A stretch of 64,000 bases of DNA from an uncultured delta proteobacterium (GCA_963745835.1 CAVUZH010000013.1:768001-832000), one strand, 5' to 3'. Counted from the stretch's first letter, positions 51,883 through 63,257 are shown. Notes: generated from the letters alone by a model not told the origin. A program made the numbers and translations.

Positions 51883-53475
51883 TCAGTGGTGATGATGATG
51901 GTGATGATGACCCCGCCCCTGCTCGTTATGCCGAAAAATCAACGACTTGATCACAACCGGAACAGCTTTGGCGTCGGGCAATTCTTGACCGATATCGATG
52001 AAATCGAAATCCTTGAGATCGATTCCGTCGATTGAAATGATTCCTGCCCCGGGTATCAGCTCGCGTTCTATGATGTTTCCCATCAGCTTGGCGATATCCG
52101 CGTCAAAGACCAGCACCATCGGTTGACCCTGGTCAATATGCTCCTTCATGGCACCGACCAGCCCTTCCGCCAGCATGCGAATTAGCGGATAGGAAGGGCC
52201 AAGCTCCCATCTGATCGCGAGCGCTACGGCTCGGTCAGAATCGAAAATGTCGAAACGCTGTAAAGCCTTCCGAACGGAGCTGGTAATATCGGCGGATGTG
52301 ATCGCTTCACTCTGCTCAAATTCAGGCGTGATCACTTGCAGGTTGCGCAGAGGCAGCAATTCCGGATGAGAAAGGTAGATGGTATTGCCGCTGACCTGGA
52401 CGGTGTACTGGGACGCTCCGATGACGGTAGCGCGAATCCGTACTTCGGCCGGTCGCAATGGAATTTTACCCCCGGCCAGCTGATTGGCGCGCGCCCGGAC
52501 GCGTCGGCCGAGATGGACACCCAGGTCCCCCAGATTCCGCTTTTCGTAGCCATAGACAAACTCAGACACTCCGCCTGAAAACATCACCGCGTGAATTGGA
52601 TCTCTGTATTCGATATTTGGCGTCAAGAGGAGATCTTTTGCCCGCGTGGAGATCTGGCCGCGCTCGAGCACCTCAAAGAGCGAGTCGCACAGCACCTGGG
52701 CAAACTTCTCCTTGTCCTCTTCACTCACGGTAGCTCCGAGGGCGAGCTTCACACCGGCCATATTGGCTACTTTGAGCGCGGTATCCTCGAGCCGATTAAT
52801 CCTACCGGTTTCGTCCATTGCTATCAGGCGCGCGCCGACTTCCATGGCGCAAGTATCGATAACCTTTCCACCCTGCGCGATTGCGATCTTGCTAGTGCCG
52901 CCGCCGATGTCGACATTCATGACGGTAAAATCGCCGCCCTCATGATGGGTCATGCCGACTGCGCCGGAACCGTATGCCGCAAGAATTGACTCGAGATTGT
53001 GCCCCGCGGTGGCACATACGAACTTACCCGCCTCCGCGGAAAAAAGGGCGGCTATGGCCTCGGCGTTTTTCTTTTTCGCAGCCTCCCCAGTCACAATGAT
53101 CGCGCCGGTGTCGATATCGCTGGGCGTCAGATTAGCTTTGCGGTACGAATCATGGATGAACTCATTCAACTTGTCGGTATCGATAGTCGTTTTGTCGACA
53201 TAGGGCGTTAAGAGGATCGGAGACTCATGAAGCATCTCGCGATTGACGACAACGAAACGGCTCGATAAAGCCATCCCCTGCCGACGCAAAGTCAGGCGGG
53301 AGAAAATCAGGTGCGATGTCGATGAACCGATGTCGATGCCGACCGAATTAAGCATAATTCGCTCGGAGCGCCACATCGGATGATCTTCGTCCATGACGAT
53401 GCCCTCTTCATCGTCACCGTATTCATCCTCGTGCCCCTCGTGCAGAATGAGTATGTCGGTCTCAAGGTTTTCCAT
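51883..53475 (-). CDS. EutA family protein (ethanolamine ammonia-lyase reactivase-like, actin/ASKHA fold)
   Basis: SVGIDIGSSTSHLIFS, GAIIVTGE, FVCATAGHNLES, NVDIGGGTSK, FSGGV, PVVIKSL; His7 C-terminus. Confidence 0.88.
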   Translation of the reverse strand: MENLETDILILHEGHEDEYGDDEEGIVMDEDHPMWRSERIMLNSVGIDIGSSTSHLIFSRLTLRRQGMALSSRFVVVNREMLHESPILLTPYVDKTTIDTDKLNEFIHDSYRKANLTPSDIDTGAIIVTGEAAKKKNAEAIAALFSAEAGKFVCATAGHNLESILAAYGSGAVGMTHHEGGDFTVMNVDIGGGTSKIAIAQGGKVIDTCAMEVGARLIAMDETGRINRLEDTALKVANMAGVKLALGATVSEEDKEKFAQVLCDSLFEVLERGQISTRAKDLLLTPNIEYRDPIHAVMFSGGVSEFVYGYEKRNLGDLGVHLGRRVRARANQLAGGKIPLRPAEVRIRATVIGASQYTVQVSGNTIYLSHPELLPLRNLQVITPEFEQSEAITSADITSSVRKALQRFDIFDSDRAVALAIRWELGPSYPLIRMLAEGLVGAMKEHIDQGQPMVLVFDADIAKLMGNIIERELIPGAGIISIDGIDLKDFDFIDIGQELPDAKAVPVVIKSLIFRHNEQGRGHHHHHHHH

Positions 53476-53636
53476 TAAACTCGTGGCGTTCCTTTCTCCA
53501 GCCAAAACGGCGAAAAATGATGAAGGTTCCTTGATTAACACAAGAAACATCGTCTTGCCACTGACCGGGAAGCGAAACGAGAGCACGGATAGACAACCCC
53601 TAGGATCGGCGATAAGATGCCCTCCAGCGTCACCCA

Positions 53637-56600
53637 ATGGGACAAGAGGAATTTCAAGAACTCTCCTCATTCTTGAAGCGCTTTATTCGGCGCTTCAAAT
53701 TTCTTAAGGGAATTGAGGGCATCTGTCTCACGGCAATATGCGCGCTGCTGCTTTTAGCAGTCGGCCCGGGTGTCGAACAGATCAAAACTTTCTTTCCCTA
53801 TGCGCCGCTGGTCTACAGCATTATCACCGCCGCAACCCTGCTGGGTTTGATCTTGTGGACCATCATTCAGCTCGCGCGGCGGTTTTCACAGGAACATGCA
53901 GCGCGTTACGTCGAGCAAAAACAGCCAAAACTGCGCAATAATCTAATCAACTCTTTGCAACTCTACCCGCAGGTAGCGAACGCTCAGAGTGCGCCAGGAT
54001 TTTCGGTGCCGATGGTGCTCGCGCTGCTACGCACCACCCGCAAGGAGGTTTCCGGGATCAAGCTTAACGATTTGCTCGACACGCACCGGCTTAAGAGCAG
54101 TCTACGGCTGTTTTTTCTTCTTGCCATTCCAGTGCTCGGGATGGTGCTTTTCAATCCTTCGTGGGTAGGCCAGACGTTCAGCTTGTTGACGCATCCGTTG
54201 GACCACATGCCGCCATCCCAAACAGCCATAGAAGTCAATCCTCCAGGGCTGCGCGTTGTGCGTGGCGCGCCGGTGACGATCGAGGCGACAACATCAGGAG
54301 CCATCCCGGAAACTCTTGATCTCATCGTCTGGGCCGGCACGAATGATCGCGGCGAGCTCGTCGGTGAGGAAAAACTAGTCATGGAGAGCCTGGGTGAAGG
54401 CAAGTTTAGGGTCAAGCTCGCTCATTTGAAAAGAACCTTGAGCTACCGTGCCGCCAGCGGCGCGTTTTCTTCGCCGACTTACTCCGCCGAAGCGATCGAT
54501 CCGCCCGAGATCGGCAACCTGCAGCTGACTGTTTATCCACCGGCGTACACCGGACTCGGCGCAACTTCCTCGACCAGCGGCAACATCGAGGGACTCAAGG
54601 GCTCCAACCTCAGGATCAATGCGATTAGCACAAAAGACATCGTCAAAGCAGAAATCGTTCTTGGTGACGGCAAACGCGTTCCGCTGAAGATTGATGGACG
54701 CAAGCTGCAAGGCAATTTGGTGCTTTTTCAAGCGCAGCAATACCAGATCCTTGTGGAAGATCGCCATGGCTTTCGAAATTCGCCGATATCCTATGATCTG
54801 AAGGTTAAGCCCGATGGCTTTCCCACCATCGACCTGCTCCGCCCGACTGAAGATTTGGAGATTAACGGCGACGAGATGCTGACCCTTGAATACAGCGCGC
54901 GTGACGATTTCGGCCTCGCTGAAGTGACACTTTCGGTGAAAGTCGGCGAGCGACAAGAGAAGATTCGACTGCAGAAAGATGATGCCCGCAGGCTAATTCT
55001 CCGCGACCAATACCGTTGGGACCTCGGCCGACTGGCATTGCGCGACGGAGAGGACGCGCTGGTCAACCTTGAGGTCACGGATAATGACACGGTTTCCGGA
55101 CCCAAGCTGGGCTCATCGCGCGCGATCAGGCTGCGGCTTAAGAATGTCAAGGGCGAACATCAACAGATTGCCGAGATGGTCCGTGAACTTAACAGTCGAA
55201 TGGTCGATCTGCTGGGTGATCACCTGGAAAAGCCAATGCCGGAAGAAAACAACGCGGCTCGCGCGCCCGACATGAACCAGAAATTTGAGCAAAACCTGGC
55301 CGAAGCATTGAAGCAAACCGAAGAAGTGATGCGCAGAACCGAAAAGGACCGGCTTGCCGATTTTGCCACTTGGTCCGATCTTGAAGCGTTGAAGCGAAAT
55401 CTGCAGTTCACCAAGGAAGAGTTGCTCAAGAAACAAGAGCAGGCTCAGTCTGCTGATGATGAATTGAGAGCCCGCGATGAGATTTCGTCGGAACTGGAGC
55501 GCATGTCGCTGCTCTCGGAAGACATCAGCAAGCGGCTAAAGGCCCAGGAGATGGCCTCGACGGCGCAGGACCTGGCGCGCAGTCAGGAGCGCCTCATGGA
55601 TTCTTTGGAAAAGCTTCAGAGCGGCGACAAGAATCTGGACTCGCTTCTCAAGCAGCTTTCCGATCTCACCAAGTCACTGGCCGCGATGCAGCAAGCCATG
55701 TCGCAGATGGCGCAACAACTCCCGGATGATTTCATGAATATGGAATCGATGCGCAGCTTAGGGTTCAACGAGATGTTTTCGGCGCTCGATGAGATCCGCA
55801 AGAAACTGATGCAAGGCGACATCGAGGGGGCGCGCCAGCTTGCCCGGGAATTGTTCAATCAGATGGCGCAGATGGTGGCGTCATTGCAGAACTCCCAGCG
55901 CTCGGCGATGGCTTCAAGCATGGGGCGTATGCAAGGCGAGATGTCGCGTTCAACCAACGAGTTGCAGCAGATCGCGCGCGAGCAGCAGGAAATACTCTTG
56001 AATACGGAAGACATCAATAAGTCGGCGTTGAGCGAGCGTGATAATGCTTTGAAGCAAAAACTGGATCGATTCCTGGAAAACGCCAAGAGCGAGCTGGGGA
56101 AATTGACCGAGCTCTTTCCCGATCGCGAGGGGCCGGAAGATCCCGAAGCCGCCACCAAGCTCGATGACGCGACGATGAATCAACTTCTTAAAAATTTGAT
56201 CGCAAAGCTGCTGAGCAAGGATTTTCCGGGCTATGGCGAAGGCGAGGGGTTAGCACGCAAAGAGCTAGCAAAAAAACGTGATCCTTCACAGGTTGAGAGA
56301 GCGCGGCGTGCTGAAAGCACCTTGGACAACCTGAAGTCCGAGCTGGACAGTTTGATGGGCCAATCGATGCAGGCGCTCAAGGAATCCGATCAAAAACAAC
56401 TCCGCGATCTCGCCAACCGCCAAGGAGTTTTGCGCGAACGCACTGAATCTCTGCATGAGAAGCTGGAGTCGCTTTTTCAACTTTTCCCCTCACTCGATCC
56501 AAAAATCATCCAAAATATCGGCGAAGCCGGGAAATCGATGAACAATGCCAACGAACGTCTCGGCCGGCTCGATTCACAAGGCGCCGTACCACCTGAACGT

Positions 56601-56948
56601 GATGCGCTGGACCGGCTTTCGCAGTCACAACAACAAATGCAATCGGCCATGCAACAAATGGCTCAACGCGGCCAACTGGGCAATATGCCGGTAACCCGGT
56701 TATTCCGGCAAGGCCGGTTCATGCCGGGAGGAATGCTAACGCCACTACCGGGCATGCCGCAGTTTCCGGAGTTTGACGTTGATAGCGGTTTCACCGGACT
56801 GGATACTGAGAAATTCCGTCTTCCCGGCAAGGAAGAATACAAAGCTCCGCGAAACTTTCGTGAAGAGATCCTGGACTCTCTCAAACAAGGCGTTCCGCCT
56901 CAGCTAAAGGACCAGATCGAACGCTATTTCAAAAATCTTTCCGAGTAA
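53637..56948 (+). CDS. DUF4175-like membrane-anchored, coiled-coil-rich protein
   Basis: 1103 aa; TM helices, Ig-like PPAYTG and ARDDFGL segments, Q/M/E-rich coiled coils, ERYFKNL C-terminus. Confidence 0.8.
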   Translation: MGQEEFQELSSFLKRFIRRFKFLKGIEGICLTAICALLLLAVGPGVEQIKTFFPYAPLVYSIITAATLLGLILWTIIQLARRFSQEHAARYVEQKQPKLRNNLINSLQLYPQVANAQSAPGFSVPMVLALLRTTRKEVSGIKLNDLLDTHRLKSSLRLFFLLAIPVLGMVLFNPSWVGQTFSLLTHPLDHMPPSQTAIEVNPPGLRVVRGAPVTIEATTSGAIPETLDLIVWAGTNDRGELVGEEKLVMESLGEGKFRVKLAHLKRTLSYRAASGAFSSPTYSAEAIDPPEIGNLQLTVYPPAYTGLGATSSTSGNIEGLKGSNLRINAISTKDIVKAEIVLGDGKRVPLKIDGRKLQGNLVLFQAQQYQILVEDRHGFRNSPISYDLKVKPDGFPTIDLLRPTEDLEINGDEMLTLEYSARDDFGLAEVTLSVKVGERQEKIRLQKDDARRLILRDQYRWDLGRLALRDGEDALVNLEVTDNDTVSGPKLGSSRAIRLRLKNVKGEHQQIAEMVRELNSRMVDLLGDHLEKPMPEENNAARAPDMNQKFEQNLAEALKQTEEVMRRTEKDRLADFATWSDLEALKRNLQFTKEELLKKQEQAQSADDELRARDEISSELERMSLLSEDISKRLKAQEMASTAQDLARSQERLMDSLEKLQSGDKNLDSLLKQLSDLTKSLAAMQQAMSQMAQQLPDDFMNMESMRSLGFNEMFSALDEIRKKLMQGDIEGARQLARELFNQMAQMVASLQNSQRSAMASSMGRMQGEMSRSTNELQQIAREQQEILLNTEDINKSALSERDNALKQKLDRFLENAKSELGKLTELFPDREGPEDPEAATKLDDATMNQLLKNLIAKLLSKDFPGYGEGEGLARKELAKKRDPSQVERARRAESTLDNLKSELDSLMGQSMQALKESDQKQLRDLANRQGVLRERTESLHEKLESLFQLFPSLDPKIIQNIGEAGKSMNNANERLGRLDSQGAVPPERDALDRLSQSQQQMQSAMQQMAQRGQLGNMPVTRLFRQGRFMPGGMLTPLPGMPQFPEFDVDSGFTGLDTEKFRLPGKEEYKAPRNFREEILDSLKQGVPPQLKDQIERYFKNLSE

Positions 56949-56954
56949 CAGCCT

Positions 56955-58541
56955 TTGAAATATCGAACTGTTTTCGCAGCAATTGTTATTTTGCTCGGTT
57001 TAGCGGCGCAACTGTTGGCCGCTGAGGTGGAGGACAAGTTCAAGGAAGGCCAAGAGCTCCTCGACGCCTGGCGTATTAGCCAAGCTGAAGAGCTCGCGAT
57101 GAAGTCATTGCGTGACAACCCGAAGTCCCCCGATGCGCTGGATTTCGATGCCCGGGTAAAATTCTACCAAGGCCGGTACCAGGAGGCTCTGGCGTCCATC
57201 GACAGGGCTCTTACCCTTGATTCCAATGTTAAACAGCGCCAGGGATTAAAGCTGCTGAGCCAGTTCACTGTCGACGTCGTCAAAACGCTCAAGCGCTATG
57301 AGAGCGCCCATTTCGTGCTTTACCTCGATGAAAAACGCGACGGGATATTGGCAACCCATGCTCTCGATGCTTTGGAAAAAAGCTATCAGGCGGTAGGCGC
57401 GGAACTCGGTTACTACCCGAAGGAGAAAGTCCGCGTCGAGGTCGCCCCAGATGCGCCGAGCTTCAACGCCATTTCAACTCTCTCTCTGCGCGATATTGAG
57501 GAAACCGGCGCGGTGGGCATCTGTAAGTTCAATAAGCTTATGATCATCTCGCCGCGGGCGCTGAGTCTCGGCTATCGCTGGGTCGATTCCTTGAGCCATG
57601 AATATCTTCATTACGCGATCGTCGGTCTCACCAACAACCAGGCGCCGATCTGGCTGCACGAAGGAATGGCGCGCTTTTACGAAACTCGCTGGCGCAAACC
57701 GGTGCCGCCCAAGGACGCAGCCGAGGACTATCTGACGCCCGCCAATCAAACCTTGCTGGTGCAAGCTCTGGAGAAAAACCAATTCGTCGGATTCAAGAAG
57801 ATGGAACCCTCGCTGATCCATTTGGAGACACCCGAGCAAGTTCAACTGGCTTATGCCGAGGCTGCGTCCGCGATCGACTATATCAATCAAAGCAAGGGTA
57901 AGGCTGGCGTACGCGAGCTCCTGGCGACGCTTAGTGAGACATCCACATCCGAGGCGATTTCAAAGATGTTCGGCCTGTCTTTCGATGCGTTCGAGGTTCA
58001 GTGGAAAAATTTTCTGAAACAAAAGGGCCTTAAAGAAATCGAAGGCACCCGCGTGCGCCGGCTGAAAGTTAAAAAAGATCAAAACGAAGACCAAGAAATT
58101 GTCGAGCTCAAGGAGATCCAATCGGCGGTGGCGCGTAACCGTACCCACCTTGGCGATCAACTATCAAATAAGGGCCGAACCGTAGCGGCGGCCAACGAAT
58201 ACCAGCGCGCCTTGCAGGCCAGCCCGCACTCTCCAATCATTCTCAACAAGTTGGGACGGGTTTTAATCCAGATGAATCGTTACCCCGAGGCGCTGACTCC
58301 GTTGAAGAAAGCGCTTGATTTGGATCCGGACAACGGCGGCACCTACGTTCTACTCGGCCGCATTTATCATGCGACAAAAAATTATCAGGAGAGTAAGAAC
58401 GCACTCGAGGAAGCGATTCAAATCAATCCTTTCAATCCGCTTATTTTTAAGCTACTGACCGAAGTCTACGCATCCTTGGGCGAGAAGGAAAAAGCGCAAC
58501 TGGCAAAGGCTTCGCTCGATAAGTTGCTCGGCGCCAACTGA
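56955..58541 (+). CDS. TPR-containing peptidase MA-like (gluzincin) protein
   Basis: Signal peptide; TPRs; HEYLH...PIWLHEGMA zinc motif. Confidence 0.85.
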   Translation: MKYRTVFAAIVILLGLAAQLLAAEVEDKFKEGQELLDAWRISQAEELAMKSLRDNPKSPDALDFDARVKFYQGRYQEALASIDRALTLDSNVKQRQGLKLLSQFTVDVVKTLKRYESAHFVLYLDEKRDGILATHALDALEKSYQAVGAELGYYPKEKVRVEVAPDAPSFNAISTLSLRDIEETGAVGICKFNKLMIISPRALSLGYRWVDSLSHEYLHYAIVGLTNNQAPIWLHEGMARFYETRWRKPVPPKDAAEDYLTPANQTLLVQALEKNQFVGFKKMEPSLIHLETPEQVQLAYAEAASAIDYINQSKGKAGVRELLATLSETSTSEAISKMFGLSFDAFEVQWKNFLKQKGLKEIEGTRVRRLKVKKDQNEDQEIVELKEIQSAVARNRTHLGDQLSNKGRTVAAANEYQRALQASPHSPIILNKLGRVLIQMNRYPEALTPLKKALDLDPDNGGTYVLLGRIYHATKNYQESKNALEEAIQINPFNPLIFKLLTEVYASLGEKEKAQLAKASLDKLLGAN

Positions 58542-58553
58542 AAAGGAACCCGG

Positions 58554-59582
58554 ATGGACGCGGCTAAAATTCATCAACATGAAATTGCGGAGATCGAAGA
58601 ATTCGCGGCTAAACGCGACACGATGCTGGGCGAAATTCGCAAGGTCATCGTCGGTCAAGATAGGGTCGTCGAAGAAGTTTTGATCGCGCTGTTCGCCCGC
58701 GGACATTGCCTGTTGGTGGGCGTCCCGGGTTTGGCCAAAACGCTGTTGATCAGCACGCTGGCAGAGATCCTGGATCTAGAATTCAACCGTATTCAGTTTA
58801 CGCCCGACCTCATGCCTTCCGATATCACCGGAACCGACATTCTACAGGAGGACCCATCGACCGGCAGGCGGCAGTTCCAATTCCTCAAAGGGCCGATATT
58901 CACGAACATTTTACTCGCTGATGAGATCAACCGCACACCGCCCAAGACCCAAGCGGCGCTGCTGCAGTCGATGCAGGAATACAAAGTCACCGCCGGCGGA
59001 ACAACTTTTCCGCTGGATCTGCCGTTTTTTGTTTTGGCAACCCAGAATCCCATCGAACAGGAAGGCACCTATCCACTTCCCGAAGCGCAGCTCGACCGGT
59101 TTATGCTCAACATCGAAATCGGTTATCCGGATTTCGATGACGAAGTGCAAATCGTTCTGCAAACGACTTCCAATGAAAAACCGTCGCCGCGCAAGGTTAT
59201 GGAAGGGCCCGCGATCCTGCGCTACCAGGAACTCGTTAGACGTGTTCCCGTCTCACCTTTTGTGGTTTCGTATGCCGTGGCGCTGTCGCAGAATTCACGG
59301 CCGCAAAATGAGGATGCGCCGCAGTTCGTCAGAGATTATGTCGAGTGGGGCGCCGGACCGCGAGCTTCGCAGTATCTGATCCTCGGCGCCAAGGCGCGCA
59401 CCATTCTCCAAGGTCGCTATGCCGTTTCAATCGAAGACATTCAAGCGCTCGCGCCATCGGTCCTACGCCACCGAGTCGTGCCGAACTATAAGGCCCAGGG
59501 CGAAGGATTGTCGTCGGTAGATATCATCCAGCGGCTGCTTAGCGAGGTGAAACCGCCGAAGGATGGGAAAACGGCGCTTTGA
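58554..59582 (+). CDS. MoxR family AAA+ ATPase
   Basis: GVPGLAKT, RIQFTPDLMPSD, LADEINR, ATQNPIEQEGTYPLPEAQLDRF. Confidence 0.96.
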   Translation: MDAAKIHQHEIAEIEEFAAKRDTMLGEIRKVIVGQDRVVEEVLIALFARGHCLLVGVPGLAKTLLISTLAEILDLEFNRIQFTPDLMPSDITGTDILQEDPSTGRRQFQFLKGPIFTNILLADEINRTPPKTQAALLQSMQEYKVTAGGTTFPLDLPFFVLATQNPIEQEGTYPLPEAQLDRFMLNIEIGYPDFDDEVQIVLQTTSNEKPSPRKVMEGPAILRYQELVRRVPVSPFVVSYAVALSQNSRPQNEDAPQFVRDYVEWGAGPRASQYLILGAKARTILQGRYAVSIEDIQALAPSVLRHRVVPNYKAQGEGLSSVDIIQRLLSEVKPPKDGKTAL

Positions 59583-60223
59583 GCATCTAAAACTCCCCGG
59601 CACGCGATTGCTGAAGGTACAACATAACCAGGCTTATTCGCTGCCTAAGACGATATCTCGAATTAAAATTCTTTAGACTTGTAAGCCTTCTTTTCTCTCC
59701 GGAAACCAACCGCTGCTGGTTCCATCCTCAAGCGACAATCAGCTCGGCTTCAGTGAATTGATCCATCTATCATTTTTGAAGCGCCGCTTCGAACGGCTGA
59801 CTTTAGGCATAATGCGATGGATTCAACCGTTCTGGATCGGTGATAAATCGGTGACGAATAAAATAGACCGGGCTATCCGGCGCCTGTGTCGAACATCCCG
59901 GATACGCTCTTGAAAATTTCCAAGGTAACGTTCTTCTTACGCAGTCTTACGCCGTTTAGTACCAGGCGCAGTAAGGCCCCAGCGCGATCTTGCCCGAATG
60001 TTTGAAGGGTTAGGGGGCGCTAAATGAGCATGAGGTAGCTGGTTAAACAGCCGGCAACGGTAGCAGTCTCAGGTTGGGACCTCGAAAAGGAACTTGCGGC
60101 GGGCGACCTGAATTCGTGGGTGCAGCACATGATCGCGAGCGGGATGAAGAGTAACAAAAAAAACCGCACTCATCGAGGTCGAACTCGACCAGACTCCGAC
60201 TGGAGTTCATCTAGATTGGGCTC

Positions 60224-60697
60224 TTAGGCGGAAGCTGCCTTGGCGCTTTTGCGGCGGCCGGAACCTGGTTTGGGAGCCGTCCTGCCACTTTTCTTCTTCG
60301 CTTTCTTATCTTTCCCGCTTGTGGTTTTGGCCGTTTCGTCAGCGCCGGCAACCAGCTCTATCAGTGATACCGGCGCCGCATCTCCGTGCCGCCTACCGAT
60401 TTTGATGATTCGAGTGTAACCGCCAGGGCGATTTTGGAATCGGGTGGCGATTGTGTCGAACAGCTTATGGACCACGGTCTTATCCTGAATGATAGCGAGC
60501 GCTTGGCGTCTGGCATGCAGGGTTCCCTCCTTGCCCAGTGTTATTACACGGTCCACCCAGCGTCTGAGCTCTTTGGCCTTGGGATCGGTGGTTTGTATCT
60601 TCTCTTCACGCAAAAGAGAAGTCACCATATTGCGCATCATCGCCCAGCGGTGGCTCGAATTGCGGCTGAGCTTTCTTCCCGAATTAAGGTGTCGCAT
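60224..60697 (-). CDS. rplQ: 50S ribosomal protein L17
   Basis: MRH...[13 protein letters not shown]. Confidence 0.98.
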   Translation of the reverse strand: MRHLNSGRKLSRNSSHRWAMMRNMVTSLLREEKIQTTDPKAKELRRWVDRVITLGKEGTLHARRQALAIIQDKTVVHKLFDTIATRFQNRPGGYTRIIKIGRRHGDAAPVSLIELVAGADETAKTTSGKDKKAKKKSGRTAPKPGSGRRKSAKAASA

Positions 60698-60699
60698 AG

Positions 60700-61728
60700 T
60701 TATGCGGTCTCTTTCTCGTCGGCGCGCCGTCTGCTCTCGATCTCCTCCCGCGGTGGAAAATGGTCGATCTTCATGCCGAGTTCGAGGCCCATTTCGCGCA
60801 GAATCTCTTTGATCTCGTTGAGCGACTTGTGACCGAAGTTTTTGGTTTTGAGCATCTCCTGCTCGGATTTCTGCACCAACTCGCCGATGTATTTAATATC
60901 AGCGTTCTGTAAACAGTTTTGCGAGCGCACGGAGAATTCGAGCTCGTCCACGCTGCGAAACAGGTTATCGTTCAATGGGATCGACGGCCGATCATCGCGT
61001 CGTTCTTGCTGCGGTTCATCTTGAAAGTTAACAAAAATACTCACCTGATCCTGCAGGATCTTTGCGGCGTATGCCATCGCGTCGTCGGGCTTAACGCTGC
61101 CGTCGGTTACTACTTCAAACACGACTCGGTCATAATCGGTGCGTTGCCCGAGGCGAGCATTGGACACCGTAAAATTTACTTTCTGCACCGGCGAAAAAAT
61201 GGCATCGATAAATACCGTGTCCACCGGCGCGCCCTCTTCTCTATTCCTTTCCGCCGGAACGTAGCCGCGCCCCAACTTCGCTATCAATTCCATGTCGAGC
61301 TTAGCATCTCTAGAGAGCGTGGCGATTTTTTGCTCTGGGTTGAGAATCTCGACATTGGCAGATCCGGTAATGTCCTTAGCCAACACAGTGGCGGGGCCCT
61401 TGGCTTCGACTTTCAGCGTATGTTGTTCGCCATCGTTAAGTCGCAACCTGACTTCCTTGAGGTTCAAAATGATGTCGGTGACGTCTTCCGTAACTCCGGG
61501 AATCGTCGAGAACTCATGAAGAATCCCTTTCATCCGGACCGCGACAATCGAAGCACCCATTAAAGACGACAACAAAATCCGTCGTAGCGAATTACCAATT
61601 GTTTGGCCGAAACCGCGCTCAAATGGCTCCGCATAGAATTTCCCATAAGTTGAAGTTAAGGTCTTTTCGTCCACCTCCAACTGCTTTGGTTTAATTAAGT
61701 CCGTCCAATGCCTATACATAGTAGACAT
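60700..61728 (-). CDS. rpoA: RNA polymerase alpha subunit
   Basis: [32 protein letters not shown]. Confidence 0.98.
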   Translation of the reverse strand: MSTMYRHWTDLIKPKQLEVDEKTLTSTYGKFYAEPFERGFGQTIGNSLRRILLSSLMGASIVAVRMKGILHEFSTIPGVTEDVTDIILNLKEVRLRLNDGEQHTLKVEAKGPATVLAKDITGSANVEILNPEQKIATLSRDAKLDMELIAKLGRGYVPAERNREEGAPVDTVFIDAIFSPVQKVNFTVSNARLGQRTDYDRVVFEVVTDGSVKPDDAMAYAAKILQDQVSIFVNFQDEPQQERRDDRPSIPLNDNLFRSVDELEFSVRSQNCLQNADIKYIGELVQKSEQEMLKTKNFGHKSLNEIKEILREMGLELGMKIDHFPPREEIESRRRADEKETA

Positions 61729-61751
61729 AGTTTCTCCCTACATTCAGAAGC

Positions 61752-62378
61752 TTACTTCGAATACAGTTCGACGATCAGCTTCTCGTTAATCGGCATGGTA
61801 ATGTCGCTGCGGGTGGGTAGAATCTTGATTCTTCCACTGCAATTGTCTCGGTCTAGTTCCGCCCAATCCGGCACGCCTCGTCGCTGCACGCCTTCCATCG
61901 CTGTAAGAATGCGAGCCATCTGACGGCTTTGCTCCTTTACCGATATCACGTCGCCCACTCGGACCTGGTAAGATGGGATATTCAGCCGTTTGCCGTTGAC
62001 TAGTATATGTCCGTGCCGCACCAGCAGCCTGGCTTCCGCTCTGGAACTGGCAAATCCCAAGCGATATGTAACGTTGTCTAAGCGGCGCTCCAAAAAAACC
62101 AACAAAGTCTCACCGGTAATACCCTTAATTCGGCTAGCCTGATCGAAGGTTCGGCGAAACTGACTTTCCATGAGACGATAAATGCGCTTGACCTTCTGCT
62201 TCTCGCGCAACTGAATACTATACTCGGAAAATTTGGGTCTGCCTTGACCGTGCTCGCCGGGCGGATAGTTGCGTCGTTCGATGGCGCATTTATCGGTGTA
62301 ACAGCGCTCACCTTTTAGAAATAGCTTGAGGTTCTCGCGCCTGCACAATCGGCAAACGGATTCTGTGTATCTAGCCAA
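61752..62378 (-). CDS. rpsD: 30S ribosomal protein S4
   Basis: CRLCRRE, LREKQK, ERRLDN, IVELYSK; TTG start. Confidence 0.98.
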   Translation of the reverse strand: MARYTESVCRLCRRENLKLFLKGERCYTDKCAIERRNYPPGEHGQGRPKFSEYSIQLREKQKVKRIYRLMESQFRRTFDQASRIKGITGETLLVFLERRLDNVTYRLGFASSRAEARLLVRHGHILVNGKRLNIPSYQVRVGDVISVKEQSRQMARILTAMEGVQRRGVPDWAELDRDNCSGRIKILPTRSDITMPINEKLIVELYSK

Positions 62379-62398
62379 TCCTTCCTCCTATTTTGTTA

Positions 62399-62854
62399 TC
62401 AAACGCGTCTGCGTTTCGGCGGGCGGCAACCATTGTGAGGAATCGGAGTTACGTCCTTGATCAAGCTGATGTTGATCCCAGCCGATTGCAATGCCCGGAG
62501 AGCGGACTCGCGTCCCGCTCCAGGACCCCGCACAAAAATTTGAACCGTCCGCAAGCCGTGGTCCATCGCCTTCTTGGCGGCGTTGTCCGCGGCTTGTTGC
62601 GCGGCGAAGGGAGTACCTTTGCGCGAACCCTTAAACCCCATGCTTCCGGCGCTCGACCAGGAAATGACATTGCCCTGATAGTCCGTGATTGTGACAATCG
62701 TATTGTTGAATGTTGAATGAATGTGAACGACTCCTTCCGCGATGTTCTTGCGGCCCCGCTTCTTGCGCGCCGCGCGATCAGCACCCTTTTGGTCCGCTGG
62801 GGTCTCGGCCTTTTTGCTCTGTTTCTCTTCGGCGGTTTCTTCGGATTTCGCCAT
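62399..62854 (-). CDS. rpsK: 30S ribosomal protein S11
   Basis: [29 protein letters not shown]. Confidence 0.98.
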   Translation of the reverse strand: MAKSEETAEEKQSKKAETPADQKGADRAARKKRGRKNIAEGVVHIHSTFNNTIVTITDYQGNVISWSSAGSMGFKGSRKGTPFAAQQAADNAAKKAMDHGLRTVQIFVRGPGAGRESALRALQSAGINISLIKDVTPIPHNGCRPPKRRRV

Positions 62855-62873
62855 TGAATACTCCTAAAATTTA

Positions 62874-63257
62874 CTAACCTTTTGACGGAGCGGTTTTCTT
62901 TCCCGCGACAGTCTTTCGCGGACCTTTCCTGGTTCGCGCGTTTGTATGGGTTCTCTGACCGTGCACCGGAAGGTTTCTACGATGTCGCTGACCCCGGTAA
63001 GAGCCCATTTCAATATGGCGTCTGAGATTGGCCGAAACGTCCCGCCGAAGATCGCCTTCAACTTTGTAATTCTGGTCTATCAACTGACGAATCTTAACCA
63101 CATCATCATCGGAAAGATCGTCACTTTTTAAATCGAGCGAGATTCCCGCGTGCGTTAATATCTCTCGGGATAAATTGCGCCCGATGCCATAGATATAGGT
63201 AAGCGCAACTTCCATCCGTTTGTTCCTTGGGAGATCGACACCCGATAAACGCGCCAT
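62874..63257 (-). CDS. rpsM: 30S ribosomal protein S13
   Basis: [28 protein letters not shown]. Confidence 0.98.
   Translation of the reverse strand: MARLSGVDLPRNKRMEVALTYIYGIGRNLSREILTHAGISLDLKSDDLSDDDVVKIRQLIDQNYKVEGDLRRDVSANLRRHIEMGSYRGQRHRRNLPVHGQRTHTNARTRKGPRKTVAGKKTAPSKG

Noticed and set aside
51886-51906. His7 tail as a cloning-tag artefact
   Set aside because: Mixed CAT/CAC codons in native context with no vector sequence; considered natural.
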